Part shown: positions 1 through 8,500 of the stretch, piece by piece
Numbering within the stretch: position 1 is the stretch's first letter
Layout: every line of letters starts with the position of its first letter
NCBI GenBank assembly: GCA_043228905.1
Contig: JBHGNT010001240.1
Coordinates: 1-10,709, forward strand
From: Azolla caroliniana
Taxonomy: Eukaryota; Plantae; Polypodiophyta
Length of the DNA: 10,709 nt
Reading direction: 5' to 3'
Notes under the pieces: generated by a model
What the model was told of the DNA's origin: nothing
Databases searched by the model: none
The model's input: the letters and a program-made list of their open reading frames with translations, nothing else
Program-made: the position numbers and the translations under genes

Positions 1-715
1 AAGGAGTTCAATGCATGTGATGTGCCCTGGCCCACACCTTCAAATGTCCTATGGGCAAAGGGCCAATACAAGTGGGTAATCACATAGTTTAAGGGTAAGT
101 CTATCGATTAGAGTGAGGTGTAATGCACACACTAGGCATCCAAGATACAACCACAAACATGATTACAATATTTTGATGATAAAAGGCCCAAAAACCATAT
201 CAACATTTGTTTTGAAACTCAAAGAAGCACGTTTGAGACACAAGCATACATTCTCATTCCCTATCCATGTAAGTTTGTAACCAAACTTGAGAGAAAATAA
301 GGCTATAGATATTCGTGACACAATTATGATGCAAAGAAAGAAACTTGGGTGGAAAAAACAAAACACTTTTTTGTCTCAAAATATTAATATTGCAAGATGC
401 TCATTCTCGATGGGGAAGCATGGACATTTGCACCTCATCCGTCAATCTACCTTAAGACTAAACTCAAAATAATTTGTAGCAAGCCTTGAGAGGCAAAATT
501 AGGAGATCCAAAACAATGTCTTTTTTATACACAATGCTTCATCTCAATCGTCCATGTGAATGATTGGTATTGAAATATAGGTGTAAGATGTTAACATTGA
601 ATGTTAATATCTATCTAGCTCAAATGTGTAAGTTGTGAATGTTTGTTCGAGGTGAACACGAGTTGGTGGTTACAAATCCATCAAATCCTACCTAAGATGA
701 GGCATACACCTCAAG

Positions 716-1020
716 ACCAAATATAAATACAACTCGTGATACATCCATTTGTCAAAACTTAACCAATGACCGCATATAAATACAATATATGGTACACCCA
801 TCCATCATAACCCAATCGAAGACCAATTACATATATGACTATGATACATCCATCCATCAAAACCAATTTCAATACCAAATATAGATGCAACTAAGTGATA
901 TGCCCATCCAACAAAACCCAAGCAAAAACTAGATATACACATGATTTGTGAAACACGTCCATTAGAACCCAACAAAGGACCGAAATACATAGAAACCACA
1001 ATAGATCCATCCATCTAAAT
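716..1020. repeat. Degenerate ~53-bp tandem minisatellite, about 6 units
   Basis: Units start at about 716, 769, 822, 874, 928 and 979 (spacing 51-54). Approximate consensus accaaatata-atacaact-gtgatacatccatccatcaaaacccaa. Confidence 0.8.
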
Positions 1021-1714
1021 TTTAGCTCAAAGATAGATCCGATGTAGAAGCAACGAAACATGCATGCATTGTTCGAATGCCCACCGAAAAAGGCTAGTAA
1101 TAGTAAATGCACAATCCATGATATATATGCGAATGCATCTACTAGAAATTGTGCTGAGAGCCAAATATACAAACAACCAATGTTACATCCATCCATCTAT
1201 ATGTTAGAACCCATCCTAAGATGAACAAATCAATGCAGCGGATGCAAGCATTAAGACCCAACCAAAATGACCAAAATGGACGAGACAATGTGATCCATCC
1301 ATCAAGATCCAATGTAAGGAATGCAGTCCAGATAGAGATGCATTGTTCAGAATGTCCACTGAAAAAGGCCAGTAAATACACAACCAACAATATATACATG
1401 TGAATGCATCTAGTAGAAATCTTGTGCAGAGCTAGATATACATACAACAATCTCCCAATATATACATGCAACTAGTGTTACATCCATCCATCTAGTGGAA
1501 CTTGTGCGCAAAGCTAGATTATACAAACAACCATATGCCTGATTATACACACAACCATATGCCTGATTATACATACAACCAGTGTTACATCGATCCACCC
1601 ATATGTTAAAACCCGTTCTGAGATGTATGAGGTCTACAACACGCAATTCAGTGTATGCAGGCATCTATCGAGACCCAACTAGAGGACCCGAATGGATGAG
1701 ATGTAAAACGATCT
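950..1714. repeat. Higher-order degenerate direct repeats (~270-400 bp blocks) built partly from the same catccatccatc-containing unit
   Basis: atgcattgttcgaatgcccaccgaaaaaggctagtaa (~1064) recurs as atgcattgttcagaatgtccactgaaaaaggccagtaa (~1338). aaccaatgttacatccatccatctatatgttagaacccatcctaagatg (~1175) recurs diverged at ~1577. agacccaaccaaaatgaccaaaatggacgaga (~1254) recurs at ~1671. Confidence 0.75.
1517..1581. repeat. 24-bp tandem repeat, about 2.7 copies (gattatacaNacaaccatatgcct)
   Basis: Units at 1517, 1541 and 1565 (partial), differing at one position. Confidence 0.9.
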
Positions 1715-1955
1715 AGATACATATACAATGATACAAATACATAGATACAAGATACAAATACAAATACATATACAGATACAGACACACAGATACAGATATA
1801 TATATAGATACACAGATGCAAATACAGATACAAATACATAAATACACAGATACAGATACATATACAGATAGATACAGATAGAGATACACAGATAGAGATA
1901 GAGATAGAGATACATACACAGATACAGATATAGATACATATACAGATACAGATAC
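1715..1955. repeat. Imperfect hexanucleotide microsatellite (GATACA/AATACA/GATAGA)n, about 240 bp
   Basis: Read directly. It accounts for the YLYL/CICI low-complexity minus-strand ORFs. Confidence 0.95.
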
Positions 1956-2026
1956 GTATCCGCGAGCTTGAGATGAGTTAGCGAATTGAATTGATCGAGA
2001 GAGGCAGGCATGTGAATGGGGGCCTC

Positions 2027-2053
2027 TACTACTACTACTACTACTACTACTAC
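2027..2053. repeat. (TAC)9 microsatellite
   Basis: Perfect trinucleotide run. Confidence 0.95.
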
Positions 2054-2092
2054 ATCATTCCCCTCACCCCCCAAAAGAACATCAAAAATCTA

Positions 2093-2102
2093 GGCGCCAA
2101 AA
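2093..2102 (-). promoter_or_regulatory. Candidate E2F-binding site TTTTGGCGCC
   Basis: Plus strand ggcgccaaaa contains TTTGGCGC on the minus strand, matching the E2F consensus TTTSSCGS, about 375 bp upstream of the ATG. Motif match only. Confidence 0.4.
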
Positions 2103-2173
2103 AAGACAAGAAAGAGCTCCCCTGCCTCCCCTGCCTCTCTCTCTTCTCTCTCTCTTCTCCTCTGTTTCTAAAC

Positions 2174-2185
2174 ATGGCCATGTGA
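2174..2185 (+). promoter_or_regulatory. Candidate minimal uORF ATG GCC ATG TGA (MAM*)
   Basis: Strong plant initiation context aacATGGC. No other ATG between 2186 and the main start at 2473. It is a uORF only if the TSS lies upstream of 2174. Confidence 0.4.
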
Positions 2186-2198
2186 AAGTCTCCTTCCC

Positions 2199-2222
2199 CT
2201 CTCTCTCTCTCTCTCTCTCTCT
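2199..2222. repeat. (CT)12 microsatellite / GAGA element in the promoter or 5' UTR
   Basis: Perfect CT run within a pyrimidine-rich tract (~2117-2280). GA/CT repeats are the known BBR/BPC binding class. Confidence 0.9.
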
Positions 2223-2279
2223 TTCTCTGTGTTTTTCCTTGCTCTTCTTCACTTCATTCATTCAGATCTGCCTTCACTT

Positions 2280-2307
<28 letters not shown>
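2280..2307. repeat. C18 homopolymer directly followed by A10
   Basis: Read directly: C 2280-2297, A 2298-2307. Confidence 0.9.
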
Positions 2308-2310
<3 letters not shown>

Positions 2311-2421
2311 GCAGAAGAAAACAAAGGGGGAAAATCAGAACAACACTCCTCTAAACTTTATCACCAGATTCTCTCTCACCGTTTCTTCACATTGCCATTT
2401 TTTTCTCTTAGACTATCTACA

Positions 2422-2454
2422 CTTCTTCTTCTTCTTCTTCTTCTGCTGCTGCTG
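2422..2454. repeat. Compound microsatellite (CTT)7(CTG)4 just upstream of the start codon
   Basis: Read directly. Ends 18 nt before the ATG at 2473. Confidence 0.92.
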
Positions 2455-2472
2455 CCCTACTTCTTTCTCACC

Positions 2473-2517
2473 ATGCATTTCTCCAAGCTCGATGACTCGC
2501 CCATGTTCAGGAAACAG
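2473..2517 (+). CDS. AGD3: AGD3-like ARF-GAP coding exon 1 (MHFSKLDDSPMFRKQ)
   Basis: ATG at 2473 in ACCATG context, family-typical N-terminus, donor CAG|GTGCAA, phase 0. Confidence 0.95.
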
Positions 2518-5500
2518 GTGCAATCTGCTTCTCCCCCTCTCATTTGGTACCTCGGAAAATTTGAGCGAGCGAGAGACTTTTGTTATGCTCTTCATCAGAA
2601 TGCGTAGTTGTTTGTTACGAACGCTGCTAGACCTGTCGAACTTCATCGAATTGCTGCTATTTTATTTTTCAGAATGTGTTTTTTTCTGCATAAATACTAT
2701 GACCTATCAAATGTCAGGGACAAATGTTGCCATTCTTCACCAGAATGTGTCTTTTGCATGAATGCTAGACCTATCAAGTATCACGCAAATTGTTGTTAGA
2801 TCAGAATGTCTCCATTCCATGAATGCTAGGCCTATCAAACGTCAGAGAATTGTTGTTATTCTTCGTCAGAACGTGTCTTCCCTATAAAATTGTTGTGAAA
2901 TTGTTATTCTTTGTTAGAATTTGTCCTTCTCACGAATATCAGGCCTTTCAAATGTCAGAAAACTGTATTTGTTCTTCATCAGAATGTGTATTATATGCAG
3001 TACTACGATTCTGATGGGATTCCTCGTTGGCAGAGGAGAAACTTGGAACATCTCATACAGTGTCGCTTATCCTAGACTCATCAAATATTACAAAATTGTT
3101 GGTATTTTCCATCATAACGCGTGCTTTTAATAAAGATTAGACCAATCAAGCGTCAGAAAGGTGCAGAACATTGCTGTTAATATTCATCGGACTTTGTCAT
3201 CCTCACAACAAGTTGTCACTTTTACAAAAATACTAGGCTTATCGAAAATCTGAAAATTTGTTTGTATTTTTATCAGAATGTGCTATTTTATAAAAAAAAA
3301 AACTAGACCTATCAAATGTCGGAAAATTGTTGTTATTCCTCATCAAAGTGTGCTTTGCATTCTCTATCATTCTTGATGAAGATACAAATTAGCCATATAA
3401 AAGACTCTGTTGTTATGTTATTCATCACCGAAATGTATCTAATCACACTTCATTTTGGAACATTTTTCATAAATGCACAAATGCTAGACCTTGCAAACAT
3501 TGAACAATTATCATTCTAATCGAAGTGCATCTTAACTCCACTAAACATCACATCTGAGTATGATAAATTTTGATAGATCCATCTTCTAGCATTTGTATGA
3601 CTGCAGTGACGACTTTCAAGGTATAGAACATGATAGAGTGAATTCTGACACATTTGATGGTTGTTCCATTCGTGTGATTATGGAACATTCTACCTAATTC
3701 AGCTTGGTTAATGGCATGTGGAATGGGAAATTCATTCCTTCATCTACCTTATGCCAAGACTTCCATGTGTGTGTCATTTGTGATGATGAATTCTCTGACA
3801 TCAAAATGACTACACGTCTGAATGAATCGGAATCCACTGATGCATGAAAGATTGAAAACAAAATTTGAAATGTTCAAGGCCTCCAAGAAGCTGGATTTTG
3901 TATCATGTTAACAGTGATAGGAAGTCAAGTGACAAAGGAAGAGCAGTAATTATGATAGAATGCAATCATCCCAAATTCATTAAAAATCAGTCTGCATGTC
4001 TACAATGACTCAGTGTGGCCCAAACTTTGAAATATCTTAACCCATTGTGCAAACCTTAATTAATTGTACGGCCTTCAGCTCTAGGAACTTAATAATTCCG
4101 AGGTTCAGTAGGCTTTCTAGTGATTTTTTTCTTCAGCATGTTTGTCAAAGCCATCCCCTCCAACTTTGGGAATACTCAAAGAATAAATAGACCCAACTCT
4201 ACTTCTAGGTGGCAATCTTCTGTAGAGGCGTCACTCTCACTGAAGGCCCATTGCAGTAGGCATACATTTGTCATTGAGATCCCAAAAGACTCATTTTAGG
4301 AGGAAATTATTAATATCTTTAATAAATAAACTCTTAAAATGTTGTTAATTGGATCAAACATCGTAAATTAAAATGCTGTATCTGAATAAAATGACCTCAC
4401 TGCATCACATTTATAATAAAGGAAACTCACGCCTTGAAGACTGAAGCTCATGGCTCATGCTGTTTGTTAGATTATGAGTAGAGGTTTCCACAACTTCTTT
4501 TCTATGCTTACTATTACAGTACGTTTGATCAAGAAAGACTACATTTTTCATGAATTGATTTGTTTTCTTTATATTCAGCTTCAAGCTCTAGAGGAAACTG
4601 CAGATTCATTGAAGGATCGCTGCCTGAAGTTCTATAAAGGTTGCCGGAAATATACGTATGTGCACACCTTGTAAACTTTATTGATTAGCTCCAATTCATG
4701 AAGTACTGTGTTATTCTATGTAGGAAGTTTAATTTTCAAACTATTCCCATGTCAACTATGATCTTATGCAGGCATTTCTGTCTGAAGACCACCCTAACCT
4801 GGCCATGCCAAAAATACATCTCTCTTCTGAAGGCTCAAAAATGTGTATTTAGCCTAGTGTATGTTGGTGCTATTAAAATGAGCACGTGAGAACAGACCTC
4901 TACACTCTAATGTTGTCTCAAGCCCCTTATAACTTCTTGGCTTCTAGGACACCGTATCACTTACATACTTTTGTTTCATGGGGCATGAGGCTAAAGCTTT
5001 CCGTAATCATTTGAATCTTAGAAGGAAATAAAACCTGCTTGCACATGAGATATTGTTGTAAATGGGCTGTAAAATTTCTAATACACTTTTGTTATTGATC
5101 ACCTAGTCCTCCCACTATTTATGTCTATTGTTTCTTGATGACATGTAGCTATTTGTCTTTCATTATCATACTTTATATATGCTTTATCTTTAACGGAAAC
5201 TACTTTGAAGTAATTAACTCGACATGTAGTTATTTATCTTATCTTCTTCACTTTTTCGTTCATCGTCAGATTTTATACATGCTTCATCTTAAATGGAAAC
5301 TACTTTGAAGTAATTAACTCGTAATGTGTTTTATATGCATCTTAGGTGATCATGGATATATATTTTTATGCAATTACCACTAGAACCATTTCTTAAGCTT
5401 GCAAACTTGGAATGTGTTTCCCCTGTTTCCTATTATACTAGCAAATCTGTCACGACCTCTGTGTATACATGAGAGTGATTTCAACAGCTTACAAACAAAA

Positions 5501-8500
5501 TTATTACATTGATGGGGTACCACTTATGTAGCTTTGTTCGAAAGTTGGATGACTACAAAATGTGCATCCATGAATTCACCTTTATCTTGGTCATGTGATT
5601 GGGCTTGAGTAAAATTTGGGAATAATGGCAATCATAATAATCCTTTGTAAACAGGGGAACTATTTACATCCCTGTATTTCACTCAGTGTTGTTTCTCGCA
5701 AGTGAATCTTGGCTGCTTCTTTGGCAAGTAAATTAAATTGAACTTTACCATGCATTACAAATCTATGGGAAATGTTTTAGTCTATGCATTGTATCTTTTT
5801 TCTAAAGATTGTTCTTTTTTGGCCTTACACAGAGAGGGTCTCGGTGAAGCCTATGATGGGGACATTGGCTTTGCAAGTTCTTTGGAGAGTTTTGGAGGAG
5901 GTTTTGATGATCCTATATACACGGCTGTTGGAGGTAACTATTTCGTTGTTAGTTTCAAATTTATCTCCATATTACTGATGCATTCTAAAAATTTTATTGT
6001 AATTATTTGTCGAAGGTCTCAGATTTTCTGTGCATCTTTGATCACATAAACCATTACATGGCTTATATATTAGAAACAATGTAGCTTATCATGATTTGTG
6101 TGATTTGTTAGATAGTTGATAGTAGTGTTGTTTATCAGTTCATTTTTGCAAGAGAATGGCAGAAATGTTTTTGCAGCAGTAATCACATTGTGGAGTGGAT
6201 ATCATTCTGTATTAGAGAATTATTCTTGTGAGTTTAAGATTGTGGACAACTGATGTCTGCAATCGTTTGAAACTATTCCTTTTGTTCCAGACTTGGGGAA
6301 ACATGCATATCATAGTGAGGTGATATTGGTCAGAGTTATGGATGTCTCTAGAGTGTGCATTCCGTATGCTTGTTGAATGATCAATGTTTTCACTTGTCCT
6401 TTCAATATAATGATGCTAGTTGCTGATGCTGAATGCAGTCTTATATTGTCTATTATTATTCCTTAACCTACCCATCCTTTCATGAAATTATGTTGTTGCT
6501 TATAAAAAATTTGAACTCCTTGTTGGGCCTGGGATGCATTTGCTTTTCTTTTCTATTTTTCTGGTTCTTGCCATTAGTTTATTTTTATATATCATATTGT
6601 TTCCTGTTTGTAATGAAATGGAACATCTCTCAGGGTCCGTGACGACAAAATTTGCTATTGCATTGAGGGAGATATCAACGTACAAAGAAATTCTCCGTTC
6701 ACAGGTGCAGTTCTAGATTTAATGACCATAAACTTATCACTTGTTATGTGAATAAACAAAACTAAAATCTGGTTGGTATGTCCTATATGAGCCTATTGAG
6801 CCTTTAGCTAAGAAAGTGTGTGATGAAATTAAAATAATCATGCTATTGAAGACTTTAGTTGAGGCTTCTTTGTATGGAGATATGCATTTAGGATATTCAA
6901 TTGCAATTTGAGGATGGATTTCAAATAATTAGAATGCAACATTTCCCCGCGAGTATTTCAAACACTATCAAATCAGTCACACAATTATTTTTAACTTAGT
7001 CCTCCATCAGCTCCATGGAAAATTCATTGTCACTGAGTGCATTGATTCTTATACCTAGTGCTCAGTTTGTCAGCCTACTTACCAGCATTGTGACCCATCA
7101 ACTAGGACATCAGGACAGTATTTGGTGGCCAATGGGATCACCACATATGTCTTTTGTTCGTATTGATGAATTTCATTTTTCTCGTAGACTAGACAACGTT
7201 TTTAGATGCACAGTCTCTTCTTGGCTCTCAAAGGTCATTTTAATGAGCTCATTTTGTGGAACACTCAATTTTGTCAATTCTCACCCTAAGATTGTTGGTG
7301 CTGGAAGAGTTTCCCTCCATCTATGTTGGCTCCTTTGAGTTGTTTCTTAGAGTCCTTGACATTAGTTGTCTATGATTCATCCTTTTAGTTGTCTCTTAGA
7401 GTCCTTGACACTCCTGTTTCTTTTAGTTTTTTCGGTTTGTGAACTATTGAGGGAGTCAGTAAGTTGTAAAGTTGCTTGTGATGGACATGTGAAGACTTAT
7501 CAGATGGAGCACAATTAATTCGTAGAAGGTCAGAGAAGGTAGATAGGTACAGCTGCTGGAAGAGTTTCCCTCCATCTATGTTGGCTCCTTTGAGTTGTTT
7601 CTTAGAGTCCTTGACATTAGTTGTCTATGATTCATCCTTTTAGTTGTCTCTTAGAGTCCTTGACACTCCTGTTTCTTTTAGTTTTTTCGGTTTGTGAACT
7701 ATTGAGGGAGTCAGTAAGTTGTAAAGTTGCTTGTGATGGACATGTGAAGACTTATCAGATGGAGCACAATTAATTCGTAGAAGGTCAGAGAAGGTAGATA
7801 GGTACAGCTTCTGTTGAGGCTGGGAAAGAATTTCAGAGAAGTAGACAGGAAACCAACAAGCAGAGTGAGTTTAGAGTTCTCCCTTTATGAATGGGCTGGT
7901 GGGATGGGAATGTGGTCACAACTATATAAGGATCTGTAGAGAAAGATTGAGGGCAGAGAATGCAATGAGCTTTCTAGTGCACATCATGAAGTGTGTCAAA
8001 AACTACTTTATGTCTGGTTCATTTAAAAAATTTCCTCACTTCTGTTGTTATGAACTTGGAAAATGGAAATGCTTGTTTTGAAATTGAAATGGTAGACAGA
8101 GATGTCGGAAAAGTTTCAGATTGGTTTCTAGAGTATCATAGAGTGTTTCACTACATCAAATCTTCAACAACATGATATGTAGAGTAGATTTGTTGAGCGT
8201 ACCTATCATGTTAATGCTAGAGGTTGAAATTGATTATGACAGACTTTTTGTCTGCTAGTGTCTCAAATCTTTTGGATTTCTGGGCAAAGCTAGAGCCAGG
8301 GTCTCAGTAAAAAGATACAAGAGACACATATTGGCATGAAAAGTTAATCTCCAATCCATATGGTGTATGGCTTTTTAGGGTGTTTCATGATAAGTCCTAA
8401 CAATAGGCGTAGCCAATGTTTTGTGAAGTTTATTATTCTACTAGTAGACTATTATGTTCCATAGAAAATGGAGCCTAAAAGTTGATGCATTTATAAATCT

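Noticed and set aside
1-660. Possible decayed retroelement coding remnant
   Set aside because: Frames are broken by stops and I recognised no RT, integrase, RNase H or transposase motif. A BLASTX or Dfam search is needed.
805-2185. ORFs of 60-131 aa on both strands (YLYL, CICI, poly-V and poly-Y peptides)
   Set aside because: These are translations of mini- and microsatellites with no protein-like features.
2390-2411. Acceptor-like ttttttctcttAG suggesting a 5' UTR intron
   Set aside because: There is no convincing upstream donor, and the whole leader is pyrimidine-rich, so such matches are expected.
2182-2607. 141-aa ORF as a single-exon gene
   Set aside because: It starts at GTG and consists of leader simple repeats, the true 15-codon exon 1, and intron read-through.
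2580-3520. CRISPR-like repeat-spacer array
   Set aside because: The units are degenerate along their whole length with no unique spacers. There are no cas genes, and the array lies within a spliceosomal intron.
5829-5836. Tandem AG acceptors (acAGAGAG) at exon 3
   Set aside because: The AGs are 2 nt apart, not a NAGNAG. Only the first (CAG) keeps the frame and the conserved YTEG.
7015-8175. Intron 4 ORFs (7015-7338, 7887-8081, 7993-8175) as a nested gene or LINE fragment
   Set aside because: No recognisable domain. The first ORF runs into the tandem duplication. A TE remnant is possible but unsupported without a search.
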